Part shown: piece after piece, positions 50,631-64,000 of the stretch
Numbering within the stretch: position 1 is the stretch's first letter
Layout of the letters: each line of letters opens with the position of its first letter
Assembly (NCBI GenBank): GCA_017499595.2
Contig: CM039004.1
Coordinates: forward strand, 1,178,001-1,242,000
Source of the DNA: Psilocybe cubensis
Taxonomy: Eukaryota
Direction of reading: 5' to 3'
DNA length: 64,000 nucleotides
Translations under genes and position numbers: made by a program
Notes under the pieces: generated by a model
Database searches by the model: none
What the model was told of the DNA's origin: nothing
The model's input: only the letters and a program-made list of their open reading frames with translations

Positions 50631-52661
50631 TCGGGGTTATGGCATCAAATTCAAAGTCGAACCAAACCACAACTAACTTATTCTTAGAAAACTGTGGCTG
50701 TAGTGTATTCTGTCGGCCGCAATAACATACCGCGTACAGCACCGTTCATTACTTCCTTCACCACCAGCAGTACCCGTCTCCTCAACTCCAAGCCCGCCTC
50801 ACCCTGAAAACATACCGCAAGCCCTTTGTGCTCGGATGTACAACGGGCTCCTAGTATTCCTACCTTGGTCTCCGATATCTTACTCTATGTTCTCCTGCAC
50901 CCTCTTCTCATTCGCTGGATCCACATTCCCCTTCCGTCTCCAGCACACAACCGAACCAATCCGAGCGCCATCTCATTCTCCGCTCTTTTGTTCAGAAATC
51001 TGCTGGGGTTGTATTGGGTCATGACGAACAAAAGGCATTCTTACTATATTAGGCAACTGCCGCGGTCCAGGCCCTAGCGTATTTTCCAATCCCGTCCACC
51101 AATCCTGACCGATTTATTCGTCCAAATAATACACTACGCACTGCCGATGTTTTCGATGATTGTCATTTTCTCCTCCGCTCGGACAGGTTTAGGAATTTTC
51201 ATTTCAGGCACTCCAACATCCTAATCGCACTCATGTTTAACAGAGTATATATCTACCTTGATTGCGTCCAACTACTCTGGTCAAGGAACACGAATGGCAG
51301 ATCAGCGACTCAATATCTTTATCACGAGTTAGCGCTCCAATAAGTGTTTTCCAGTCTCTTTTTCCAAGACCCAGGTGCAGCCCACACAGCTGATCGTAAG
51401 GAAGGTCGTTGCTCAAAATGCCAATGCAACCGCTATGCTTCATCGCTCCTACTTCTCTCGCCGCAGGGACGATTCCGATGGTCCGGAAAGCTCAAGCCTG
51501 GTCAAGTGCTAGTGGTTGGACCGCACGACTCCCAAAGACGTGCTAATTTGTAAGCGGTGCCATTGACATAGATCGACTTTCTACTCCCAACAGAGCAAAG
51601 AACATAGAGCATCGAGCACAGATAAGCAAGAGCAACGAGAATCCACTCGGTTTTTTCGGCATCGTGGGGAGACTGGGGTACCATCTTGCCCGAATGTTGC
51701 ATAAGCCAGTTGTCGTGCATGCCCTCTCCCGCAGTAAATAATTGAGTGAAGTAATGCCCTCTTGACCTTGAACTGGGTCGATTCAGAGTTGAAACTGCTG
51801 GTCCACCGTCCATAGCATAAAATGATCTGATGAACCAAGCGCGCGAGGCGCGCGGAGAGCCGCAATTCCAGTGGTAAATACAATTTACTCGGTGCAGCGA
51901 AGAATCCAACCATCGACTTGATGTTCTACCACCTTTAGCATACACTGAAGCTCTCACCTTCAATGTCTTTATCTCTTTCCTTTGCTCACAGAAATTGTTA
52001 ACTTACTTGACGTATGCGCCTAACGTCCTGTTTTCCAAGGCGCCTATTTCTATCATTAGCAGGGTCCGTTTTAGCCGCTATTGTGAAACCGGGGGAACAC
52101 ATAAAAATCGATCTCGCCATTCAACCGTCGCAGGGTCTGTGCTTTTTAAAACCGTTGCTATCAAGAAATTCTCATCATACGGGTGGACCTGAGGCTTGGT
52201 ACGATTCATGCCATTGTTCTAGGGCACGGTCCATTGGAGGTCAGTCCCTGAGGGCATATAAGCTTTGTAACTTCAAAAGGAAGTGAAATTCCCATTTCTG
52301 CTTACATCTTTTCTTCTATCTTTAAAACTGAAGCTGACTCAGTGACGGCTTTCAATTTTGCAATTCTGTTAATATGAGCTTGTGAGTCTCCGGCGGGAGT
52401 CACTTATTTGGTATCAGTACGCCAGGTTGATAATATGCTCACTTGTTAACAATGACTTCAGAGACTCCCTTTGCAAAATTCAGAGATCCTTGACAAATGA
52501 CCGTGTTGCTCGAAGTTCTAGTACAGTAAATTAAAAAGTACCCATTCAAAAGGTAGAAGAAATTAAAAGCGATGCAGGACCAGTGCAACGAAAGGAGTGT
52601 TTGAACCCAAAAAATTAAACCCAAAAGAATTCGACCTTGAACATTAATATAACGCTGTGTT

Positions 52662-53623
52662 TCATACATTTACGCTTCCACCGAATAGCCCTAAATCTTT
52701 CTTTGAGTACTGGGGTCAATTGATGGATTTTTTAAACTTACAGTATTTGGATACATATTTGACGCTGATAGGCGCCGAGCCCGGTTTGCACTAAAATCAC
52801 TTGGTTTAGAAAAACGTATTGAAGATATCAATCACGATACTCACCGATGCAGGGGGCTGTCCTCCACGGGTATCAGTTCGGTAGATCTACAACAAAGATA
52901 AGCACTCAAAAAGTAAATTCATAAACAACGGCAAGCACATACCTGAGTAGCCAACGATCCCTGAACAGACTTGAGCTGCAGCCAATCCACATCCTGTTTC
53001 CCAGTAGGCGCCGGGGTGTTGCCGACCTTGGCAGCGAGCACAAACGCATTCGAGTTGCCTTTCGCGCTACCAGCTCTGTAGTCCCACACAGGGCTAATAC
53101 CCGTCCCAGACGGCGACGTGACGAAGAAATGCGATCCCAAGAACCCATATCCCATCAACGGCGTTCGTCCAGGCGTCTTGATGCTGGCGGGCATAATCTT
53201 CCACGCGGCGAATGCCAGGTCCTGCACACCGTTGAATATAGGGCCGAGCTTGGTCAGGCAGGACAGGTCGTAGAGATCAGCGACGGCACCGGCCGATCTG
53301 CAATGCAAAAGCAACGATCACGAAGGCGTCAAACTCAAAGTTGTGGGTATGATCAGCGGGGATATTTATAGAACTCACGCGTAGGTACCGGCGTCTGTGC
53401 AGGTGTAATTTTGGATGCCGACGCCTAGGATGACGGAAGAGATGGGGTCTGTCGGTGCGGAAAGGGCGGTTTGTCCAGCGGGGAGTGTCATCTTTGCGGT
53501 GGAGATGGAGCAAGTGAGCTTGCCGGGTGTTGGGAATGGCAAGCCTGCTGGAGCGGCAGGGAAGGCCGGAGCAGCGAAGACGGTTGAAGCGGCAAGCGCT
53601 AAAGAAATGATAGTAGAGAACAT
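52662..53623 (-). CDS. Secreted DUF3455-family protein
   Basis: Signal peptide, GVGIQNYTC, GAVADLYDLSC, LGSHFF, DVDWLQL, IYRTDTRGGQPPASC, SVKYVSKYWLF; five exons. Confidence 0.85.
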
Positions 53624-55013
53624 TGCTGGAATGTCTTAAGATCGAGGTCAAGCGTAGAGAAATGGGTAATTTGGGTAGCCAAAAGGTGAACGAAAGAAGG
53701 ATACAAATGAACTAGACACAGCTAGCGCCACAGACGAGTCAACGAGTCAAGGGAAGAAAAAGAAAGAGAGAAAAACGAGATATGGAAGAAAAAGAGATAC
53801 ATTTCTCTCTCTTATACTTTTGTTGAAACATGAAAATCAAGGGCCGCTGGGGCCATGGATCAAGTTCAATGTGGCACTTTGGCGCCCCTGACCGTATAGG
53901 TACATTTCGAATATCCTTCCTACATCCATGTTCAATTCCGATCAAATAATATTTGAAAGTGGGCGTGCCGCTCCAGCGTATTATGTGAAAAGCGATCTCA
54001 GTTGGCGAAAATCTCTTGTGTTATACAGATAAACATTGCGTGGCTGGGTTCATGTTAGTATCCTATGAGGTTAATCACGCATGAGGATCAACTTGACCGG
54101 AAAAACCTTGCGACATTAGCTCTGAGCGCTACAAATTCGGCTTTCCGGCTTGAGCATTCTTGAACTGAATTGAAGTGCCACTACACAAACTGGCGAAGCC
54201 CGCAGCATGCCCTACAGGTAATTAATTTTTTGTCAGGTCATCTACGGTTCCGAAAGATAAACCAATCGGGAATGTAAAAGTCTGATATGTCTGTAGATTA
54301 CATTGACTTACGCGTTCTTACGCGTACGAATCGCGTCTCTGAAAACATTCCAAAAGCTAAAGCGCGGGTAACTTGCCGCAAATTCCGCTTAACCGTGGAA
54401 GAATGTGAAGGTCTTGAAACATCATTGGTTAGCTTGCCGAACTTGGGTGTCCATTCCAATCCTTTGATCCACCTCTAGCGCCGAAAAGGGGTTTGTAAGT
54501 AGGGAAATTTGAATCCTGCTACAAATTATATGAAAGGCCTATCAGCGACAGCAGTGTATACAGAATTTACTCACATAACATTTTGTAACTAAAGAGATGA
54601 ACAATACTTCAATTTGTGGTCTGAATTCTGAAAGTAAAGCGACAAATTATATGAAACAATGTTGGAGGCAGGTTGGAGGTATAGTACGGCTTGTTATTTC
54701 GGTAGTAAAAGCCACGATTTGAATTTACATGATCGTATGGCCGGATAATCCTCTTGTTGTCAAGGCAACATGCGTGAGTTTCTATCACAACACATGCCCA
54801 AGGTCATTTTTTCGGACTTCAGGGAAATCGTTTGCAAATCCTATCCCTGAAAAGATCATCAAGTAATGAAGTCGTTGGCTCACCACAGTATTATGCTCAT
54901 GCTTTTAACCACAAATAACAAGGAACAGTCGATGGAACATAATCCATTTTATGGATTGACGTCGTGAAAACTGAATACGTACATGAAAGATAACGTTAAA
55001 TTTTTCATACCAA

Positions 55014-57565
55014 TTAAATGGTGTATCGATAACCACTCCATTTGTCGCCCTTCGCCCTTTTTGCATCGTCCACAGTTGCATATCGTCCATTCTTCTCGTT
55101 AGCCGGGTCATGAGTTTCAGGCTGATCTTCAATATACTCGTTTCTCTCGCCTCTATCTCTTCGTGCATTTTCCCGCTTGAGGAGAATGATGAAAAGAGTA
55201 GATGACAAGATTCCAAACACAATATACATCAACACCAGACCTATGAAAGTTGTGGTAAGTCGGGGTTATGAAAGTGCATCAATACGATGTATGCATACCG
55301 TGACCCAAAGGGTACCATGGTTTGTCTCTGGCGCGATACTATGTACAAATTAAATTTTGCGGTTCAAGGTAGAAGAAGCAACCTTCTACTCACCACATTG
55401 GAGCTCACAGCGCCGTTGATGTTTCCACTTGAGAGTGAATGTGAGTACGGAAAGGAAAGTCCCTTACACATAAGAGAGGGATCGAGCTCACAAGCTAATG
55501 ACCATTGCCATCGACACGCTACGCTTATAGGATCCTTCTACATTGTTTGCAACCCACGAGCTGAAAAATAATAAATATGGGTTTGATCTACAGCGTAAAT
55601 CTAGACATTTGCTTACATGGTATTGGCTAGAGGGAAAACATTTAGTGAATAGGTTTGGATTATTAATCTAAGGACTCACAAATCACTGGATAAATTCCAC
55701 TTTCGACATCAAAGCGTCAAAATTAGGAAAGATTAAAATGACAAAGTGACTCCTACCAAGTAGCCATATAAACAGCAAAATATGACAGAGCAGCATTTCT
55801 CGATACAATTAGGATGATATAACCAATGGCGCCTACAGATAGATTTAGCAGTATATCTTCGGTTCTTCAAACATTTAGAGCATACCCAAACATGTGAAGC
55901 CACTTCAAAGGCATTGTCAGTACGAATTGACTCCGACCCCGATCCGAAAATCACGCACACGTTAAAATAGCCTCGTCTACCCCAGCGGTCAGCCAGGAAA
56001 CCCACGCCGCAAGTAATAATACACGCGAAGGTGTACACCGGGACAGTGAGAAGGTTTGCCGGAGTGGCGGTGAATCCTAAGTTCAATCGCTGTTAATTGA
56101 AGGCCGATTCTGCTAACTTCAACCGATTATGCATACCGAGCTGTGGTTATTTCATTAGTTTGATTCTGTACATCGGAGAGATCGTACTGACTTGATTAAT
56201 GATGCTAGGCAGGAACAAAGAGAACGCATACAGCGGCATGTCCACTCCCATGTAAACCACCACTGCAGAACACTTTGAGATTTAGATCGCGAAGACGTAA
56301 CGATCAAACTCACTTCCGAGCCATGTTTTCCAATCCTTCAAACTGGCAAACACATATTTTAATTTGAACTCTTCACCGGCTGCGCTAAATTGGTTGTCGC
56401 TTTGCAGTCTACGGATAACGACGGTACGTTCCGCTTCTGTTAGGAATTTGGCAGTATCTGGGAAGTCTTGAATGATCCAAAAAGACGCGGCCCCGGCGAC
56501 GACTGTGATCAATCCTTCAATGACTAGCAGAATGTCATAGTTAGAGGATTGGATACGTCAAGATAAATTCTAGTCACGTACTAAAGATCCATGCCCAAGC
56601 AGGTTTTCCACCAATACCCTCCATGTTTGAAATAGCAGCTGCGAGCAATCCACCAAACGCTCCTGAGACCGTAGCTGCCGAGAAAAATATAGCAGCTCGG
56701 AGCCCAAATTCTGATCGCTTATACCAGCTGAGAAAAGGTTTAGTATTTGCTTAAAGGGATAGCCACAGATAATGTAAGAACCTTACCATGATAGATAGTA
56801 GTTTACTCCAGGGAATAGACCAGCTTCGAACATGCCCAATAGCCATCGCATACCTGAGATCCAAAAATTTAAGCAAGGAGTAGAAGGTATGAGAAGAGAA
56901 CGTCCTTACCCATGAGTTGAGAGAAATTGTGTACAACGCCTTGAAGAGTCTGAATGGAGCATCATTTTCAGAACTGATATCACCCAGAGTTATAAAATTC
57001 AATGTACCATCATAACGCCCCAGAAGAACATCAAGAAAGAGAGCCATAGAGAAGGCCTAAGACGTTTCAGGAAAACGTTGGACGGGACCTCAAATATCGC
57101 ATAGCTGAAGAAAAATATCTGCAAACCTCGTTAGGAGGTAGGTCAAGACGCATACAGTGCGGATCTCACCGTCAGGGATAGTAGATATTGATTGTCTGTC
57201 ATATGAAGATCCTTCTCAAGGTTATACAACTGTTACATCGTACGAGTTAGTAGGCTATAGGAATCATCGAGAGCGACAATGTATGCAACAATTACCTTCG
57301 CACTGCCCAGTCCAAGTATGTCAATTTTACTACCAAATGCAGTAGAAACATAAATGACCTACTTTCCGATGCTAGTGCGATCAAGGAAGCTGAGAAGGTA
57401 CAAAAACGACAGCCATGGAATGAGAGCTAAGTCGATTTTGCGCATCAACTTGCGTTCATCCACTCCACTCGTATCCACATGCGCATTATAGACCTCGACC
57501 TTCAGATTCCCCTTCGCTGCTTCTATAGACTCGACGGTGGGAGAGGGCGTACGCTTTTCCGACAT
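55014..57565 (-). CDS. MFS transporter, anion:cation symporter family (Tna1-like)
   Basis: ERKLMRKIDLALIP..FLDRTSIGNAK, EVPSNV, GMFEAGLFPG, WYKRSEFGLR, WAWIFVIEG, ENARRD..GDKWSGYRYTI; includes micro-exons. Confidence 0.92.
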
Positions 57566-60500
57566 AGTTGGCAGCGTAGACCGAAGTGACGCAGAAACGT
57601 GGGGGCAGCAGGGAAGGAGAAGTGGTCAAGAAGAAGCTCCAAACCAGATCAAGGAACCTCTCGTCGGCTTTACGCAATACAGTGTTCTATTTGACTCCCA
57701 GGGGCTCTACGATGGAGGCACACGTCAGTCAGGATCCTGACCCCATAACGAGAATTGTTTTTGTTCGCCGTGCATGGCACAGCGACTGCAATATCGCCCT
57801 GAGTGTGCCGTATCATCCCCGAGTTAAGTTGGAGAGTCACGTTGGTCGGACAAATGGATCCAGAGAAGAATCAAGTCTGACGCCAGGTGTAAGTATAGAC
57901 TGCCGATGGCGGACATTAGTATACAGACTTCAGAAGGGGTTAGAATTACCCACAAGTCGTCATGCTTTCCATATTGTCGCGTATAAAAAGACAGATGACA
58001 GGCTCAGAGAATGAAAATAGCATTGTTGAATGCATACACTGACGGCAAATGGTAATATATACGGTGCCTTTGTGGGAAGCCGCCTCTCCCGGTCTGTTGT
58101 GTTCACCAACGAACAAAATTATGGAATATAAAAGTTGACCATCATTGACGCATTGGAGGTATATTCGACCGACAATGTTGTCGTGTAAGCGCTATTAATA
58201 GACCACCGTCGGAGTATGTGGGGCAGTTTCCTTCGTCCACATGAAAGCCAAGGTAATTGAGGCCTAGCGCATGTATCAACAAACTCGTTGCACATCTCAA
58301 GACTTTCCTGGTACGGTCTCGATAAACAACTGACCACGACCTTGTATGAAGATCATTGATTAGCACAATGCGGGGAAGCGGAGAAGCTCACAACCACGCT
58401 TTGAACATATAGCCGATAAGACGATTATCAGGAACATCACAAGGTGACTGTTCAATGTTGCTGACTGTTGCCAGTTCTGAGTATATTCGAAGGCTGCGCT
58501 ATTCAAAGAACCAGAAAAAGCCACGCAAGTCCCCTCGCCGCCAAGTTTGGCCATCAACCCTACGTAGATAGGCGACTGTTGATGCTTTGAGCGAACATGG
58601 GTCTTTTGAATAGTCTGATGAAGTTGGTGTACAAGATACGTATAGCTTTGATAGCTTTCAAGGTGAAGGAGGTGGTGCTTGCTTAAACCGCGTAGTTATC
58701 CAGATAGAAAGTTGAGTAGAATATCCTCTCATTAGTAGAGTCATTACCGGTCTGAGGAACAGCACACTCGATTCTCGAATCAAACAAAAAGCGCACGGAC
58801 CCGCACACGTGATGCAGGCAATTACCGCGTCGCCGCCTGAATGGCCTCGAGGACCCCACGCGCTTTCGCATCTTGCTTGCATACGACTCGGATTTACTAG
58901 TTCAAATTCTACTATTGCAGCCCTCATCATCGTTTCCGCCTCCAGACACGCAAAAGACACGTTCTGGGGACTTTTGATCTCTCTACACCTTACTCGTCTA
59001 ACTGTGTACGTATATACAATGAAGCGCATACCACATTACCGCTGAGGAACCCTCGATCGTGCCAGGGTTGCGGATGCGGATGCGATTGCGGGAAAAAGCA
59101 CGGAGGATTATGCATGCAGGCGGTATTAGGTGAGTGTCTGCGTCGATCCAGCAGGCATTGGTGACTTCCTTGGATGTTCTTTCTGGTCTTGGCTGCTTGG
59201 ATGCGTTGCTGGTTGGGCACTGTAAGATTCAGACGCGCGACCACGACTGAATGTAATTGAGTGGATCAGTGCCATCATCACGATCGATAGTCCTCTCACG
59301 AGATCAAGTCGCTGTATCTCCTTCCTTCTGGGTCTTACCTGTTTTTCTCTTCTTGGGGCGACAGTTTGCTGTATGTCACACCGGGATAATGGAAATGATT
59401 GTCTTCATTTTGTGTATCCGAGACGTTACTTTGTTTTTGACTCTAATCATATCTTCCGGACGGCCGTCACAAATTGTAATCATGTATCTATATTCCCTTT
59501 AGGCCATCCTACTGCTTCGGGCTGCAATCTACGGGAATTCTGAAGATATATCCCGTTTCACTGAGAAATTTCTTATCTTATTCCTCAGGCTGATTTCTGG
59601 ACTGCGTCTCTCGCGATATCACCCGAAAAATCGTCGTAGAACCATCATATCACTTCCACCCATGATCACACTATATCCTCACCGAGCCTTCCCTCCGCTG
59701 TCCCTCTGTCTTATGTGTCTTCTTCACCATCAACATCTTCCCCGGATCTTCAAATAGCTCATCTTCATCTCCCATAACAGACTCCTTCTACATTACACAG
59801 CAGATCATCTGAATAGGATATCATCTCCAAAAACAAACGTTCGTATCCGTTTTCCTTCTTGTAGCTCTCACGTACACCTGTACCCACGGCGCGCAGCTAT
59901 TTTGTCTTCAAATGCGGCTCACGAGGTCCACCCACTTGCTTTGTTTTCATTCTCTCTTTCATAATCTTCCGGGCCCAGCCTCATAGTAATTCCCTTAAAC
60001 ACCCCTCTGTGTCCTACCCGCTACCAGCAGCGTTGGGCACTCCAAAAACATGTTATTTATAAAGAAGCATTCGTGCTTTGTGTCAACATAGGACAGGACG
60101 CGAGGGCAGCATTGCAAGCCGAGACGTCTTTTCGGATCTTGACCGCGGCACCTCCACCCAGCCCACCCACGTCTTGATCAATAATTATACTGCACTATCA
60201 ATAGCATCATCATTTTAATGGGAAGCAAGTTTAACGTGTATGTAGGTTTTTGTAACTAACAGGATTAAGTTGGAAATGCACACGGCGCCCCGGGGTAGAA
60301 GCGTTGTCACTTGCCGACCGACCGAGTGACTAGCCGTGCTACTGATCCGCTTTACTGTGGAGTCATTACTAGTCAAGCTGTCGTTAGAACTCACTTCTTT
60401 GTGGTATGGCTTCGTTGGCTTTACCTGGAAAGAAGAGGAAGCTGCCTGCGTTGCTAGCGTCGCAGTTCTTCTTCGTTCCAAAATGCGCGTTCTGGCTTTC

Positions 60501-62666
60501 GTTCTGTTCTGGTCTGGGCACCGGCGTTGGCACTGGTTTTCTCTCTGAAGTCTAACTTGCACTATGGAGAAAGGACAACTCTTGGGCTCTTTCGGATCTT
60601 GCGCAAAGTGTCGTGTCATGTCGCGTTCTTCTATCTCCGGAGCAGTGTTATAGTCGTGTGGCGCTGTAACCTGCATTTTTGTATTGTCCAAGCAGACTTT
60701 TGATTGATTGGTGGTTAACCTAGTTACACTTTGCACTTAGTGTGACACCGATCGAGGATGTGTAGGTATGGACGGACGGACGCACTTTGCTGAATCAAAA
60801 TCCGAAACGAGGACGGGGATAGGGCGCTAATTTGTTATCTCAGCAATGTATTGGTCGACAGGGACTTCTGCCTCGGGTTGCCCGATCAATATGGAAAGTA
60901 TATGCGTAATATGTTTGGTGATAACTCGCAGCACTGGCTGTACTGGCAGCATAGTGAACAGTCCATTGAATACAGAAGGCTTCGAGCTTCCAAGGGTCTG
61001 TCATCCCGAGTTCTCCCGCGACGAGTGCTGTGTGTTGTCAACGCATTCAGGATGGGTTCTGGCAATCGGTATAGAAATTGTTGGGCAGTGGTCTCGAGAG
61101 CCTCGCTCACTGGAACGTGCGACTGCGATGATAGTCAGGCAGCTGCCACTAGCATTTCATCGCATCGCATTGAATTGGAGTTACTTGCGGAACGGATCCT
61201 CATAGTAGGGTCGACTTTAGGTGAAAGACGGGCGATGTAATTAACCTTTGCTGTAGGCAATTATATGATGTAACGAATGTCAAGGACATGTAGTTTTAGT
61301 CAATTGCTCTGCCTAATGAGTTTGATCCACGGTTACTCAAGTTGCTGAGCACACTCTTCACAAAATAAAGCAAAGCCGATGCTCCCCCCGCGAGACTGGT
61401 CTCCCTGTGTGAGTTTGTGGGCTTGCATAGAGTCACCCAAGTTTAACGCTCAAACGTTTGTCAAACACTGCCGGGCAGGCTGCGCGATCAACTTGGAGGT
61501 CCCGAAAAGGAACTTGGTATACCGGATCCAGTATGCAGCGTGGCGATTGAATTAATAGTATTACAAAGCCTTGCGATAACCGTGCGGTGAATTTCCTTGG
61601 ATAAAAGTCATCTCTTTCGGAGCTTGTACAAGTTGGCATAGTGCATTACATTTTATTGAAGCCACAGTTCGCGTTACTAGCATTACCCACCGGCCCTTGT
61701 GGAGTGGAGCAAAAAGTATAGATTAATGAGTCAGCATAAGATTCGGAGCTTTCGCAGATCTCATGTTTTGAGGGAAGGAGATGATAAGCATGAGGGGACA
61801 GGATAATGATCCGGGCGGTAAAGCTGATCGCATTTCGCAATCGCAGCGATTCATTCGGTTTCGCAGTTTGAGGTTGCAAAGAGATGAAGAAAGACGTATG
61901 TTTATCCAAGGCGGCAGACCTCGAGGCTGTCGACTCATCTGTGTGTTCACATGTCGGGCGTCTGGGGCTATGGCCAGCGCCTATCTGCAGCGCCGTTGCG
62001 CTTTACGTTGTCCATTGAGCGCAGGGTATTATTCCCACAAGCGGACTAGTTGACACTGGGGCACTAATAGAAATGGGTCAGGGACAATCTGGGGAAAGAC
62101 AAGACAAGACAGTTGGTATTTAATCAACTCGGCCGGGGCTATAACCCCGCATCTGGACTCGAAAAGTAGTGGGCTGGCGGTTGGCAAGGGATGTAGATTG
62201 CAGAACTGCGGGTGTGGAGTCACAGGGCGAGAGGGAGATACTGACGCCGCGCGGCTGGGCCCTGGAGTTTCACCGCTGAAGTGTATGCAGCAGAGGAACC
62301 GCTCGGGCTTGAGGTGATGGCCGACAGTAGTGTAGTATAGGCGGAAGGATGAGTGATCCGCTTCGGCAGTGCGGGCCTGAATTGGAAATTGGATGTTGCA
62401 AGGCTGGTGTGCTTGATGGGACGGGTTGCAATGGAGTGTCCACAGCGAACTCTGAGGGCGCTAGACGGCGCTGATTGGGCGATACGAGTGTCTAGCGTGT
62501 GATAGTCGCCGGGCTGGGCCGAGCTGGGCGTGACAGTCAAAAGGAGACAGCGACGGACGGAACTGGAGTGCGTGACAAGCCGGTCGGTCCGATCGGATGG
62601 TGACCGTGACGGAGTGTTGAGAGTATATCGGTGGGGTCTCTCTTTTTTTATCCTTCCTCATCGTCC

Positions 62667-64000
62667 ATGGCCAACTACCTCCCCGTCCTCATCACCTCCA
62701 TATCCGCCAATGCCACCCCAGACGACTCCGCCCTCGTCACTCTACCCCGTGGCCAGGTAGACTATCTCTCCCACGAATGGCAGGAGGAGGATGTCTGGCG
62801 CTCCTGGCGGAACATGACAAGACAGAAGAACGAGATCACCAACGGCGTCAGACTCGAGAATGCCTCTTGGAGAACTTGGTGGAAGCAGCGCAACAAACTC
62901 AAGACTATCTCTCCAGAGACCCTCAACTGGTCTGTTTTTCTCTTCTTCTTCAGGATTCCTATTTATTTGTATCGCCAGGTTGAAGGACTCTGATGTTACT
63001 TGGCTCTATGGGCCTCTCCACACCGCCGTTGAGTGGACTCCACCCCCAAAGCCAACTCCAGTTCCAGACACCGTAGACGCCGCGAATCCTGCCTCAGCCC
63101 ACGACCGTCTCGACTTATCCTCTTCGTCGGCATCCCGCCGTGCACCACGACCCGCGCCCTACAAGCCTATTCTCAAGCATCGCAGCATCAGCGAGCTCCT
63201 TACCTCAGACCTCCCCCCCACCTCTCCAATATTCAGCCCCGTAGAATCGGAGGATGAACAGTCTGATACCACCAAGCAGAACACCCAGGCGAACAGGACC
63301 GATCCCACCACCCTCGTATCCCACTCCCAATTCTCCTCAAAACTAGCAGGCAAGCGCCCCACCCTCACACATACAAAGAGCGACACACATATTACCCGCT
63401 GGGGGCCCAGTAGAGCCTTCCGCAAAGATTCACCGCCCCGTATCGATCCCCCCGGGTTTGATTCATCGCAGGCCCACGGATACTTCCCACCGGTCTCATC
63501 ATCATCAAATTCCCCGTCGTCCCTATCACAACCCTCGACAAATGGCTCTATCCGTGCATCGCTATCACAGGACTCCAACTCGAGTGAAAGCGGCGGTAAC
63601 GGTGGTGGCGTAACTAGCAGTGGCGGCGACACCCGCGGCGGTCACCATTCACATTCACATGGCACTACTACGCACAAGAAAAAGCATATTAGCTTCAACA
63701 CCTTTGTTGAGCAGTGCATAGCCATCGAAAAGCCAAAAAAGAACGCCTCCGGCTACTTTGGTGCCAGCGCAGGTGCACAGATAGGGTGGCCTGCTGGAAG
63801 AGTCAATTATGCTGATGACGATGGGTGCGTCTTTTATATCTAACCACTTTATTTTAGGTTTCTAATCTAACGGCGACTTAATCTAGTTACGACGAAGACG
63901 AGGAAGACTCGGAGGATGAAGAAGATGAGATATATGCTGCCGGTGGGTCACAATGGCATACTCCACGGCAGTCGGGTGCTCGTGCCGTGCGCAACGACTC
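62667..64000 (+). CDS. REG1: Reg1/Hex2-like PP1 regulatory subunit with DUF1752 (5' part; runs off the right edge)
   Basis: VDYLSHEWQEEDVWRSWR..RLENASWRTWWK..LNWLKDSDVTWLYGPL and a PP1-docking-type KKHISFNTFVEQCIAI (cf. yeast Reg1 RHIHF). Confidence 0.85.

Noticed and set aside
50700..52400. Short ORFs upstream of ERG13
   Set aside because: No recognisable motifs or consistent exon chain.
35289..57565. Secondary-metabolite cluster (GMC oxidase, HMG-CoA synthase, MFS)
   Set aside because: No backbone enzyme (PKS, NRPS, terpene synthase), and the genes are interspersed with housekeeping loci.
59069..59091. Short tandem TGCGGA repeats (also GGAC x3 near 60770)
   Set aside because: Ordinary microsatellite-scale repeats with no spacers; not CRISPR-like.

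Overview
Gene-dense, intron-rich eukaryotic DNA with short (~45-70 nt) spliceosomal introns. Gene content and intron style fit an Agaricomycete (mushroom-forming basidiomycete) chromosome; this is inferred, as no marker gene is present. By splicing exons by hand I can support about 23 protein-coding loci: a partial F-box gene, BIR1/IAP head-to-head with WAPL, tRNase Z, YTP1, FMP52/TIP30-like, a Uds1-like coiled-coil protein, two ACS-family MFS permeases, an orphan 7-TM protein, pantothenate synthetase, a PTH11-like protein, VPS9, an AA3_2 GMC oxidoreductase, DNMT2 tail-to-tail with a TDP2-like phosphodiesterase, a Pro-rich protein, a small secreted protein, a BTB gene with one nonsense codon, RPP40, ERG13, a DUF3455 secreted protein and a partial REG1-like gene. 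I found no transposon, CRISPR array, rRNA, tRNA or biosynthetic cluster. The best leads are an unexplained, densely base-paired ~670-nt intergenic element (1574-2244; candidate structured ncRNA), a GUG-initiated mitochondrial-type extension on tRNase Z, an orphan GPCR-like 7-TM gene, and three identical GC-AG donors in three consecutive genes. Family calls come from motif recognition only; no searches were run.
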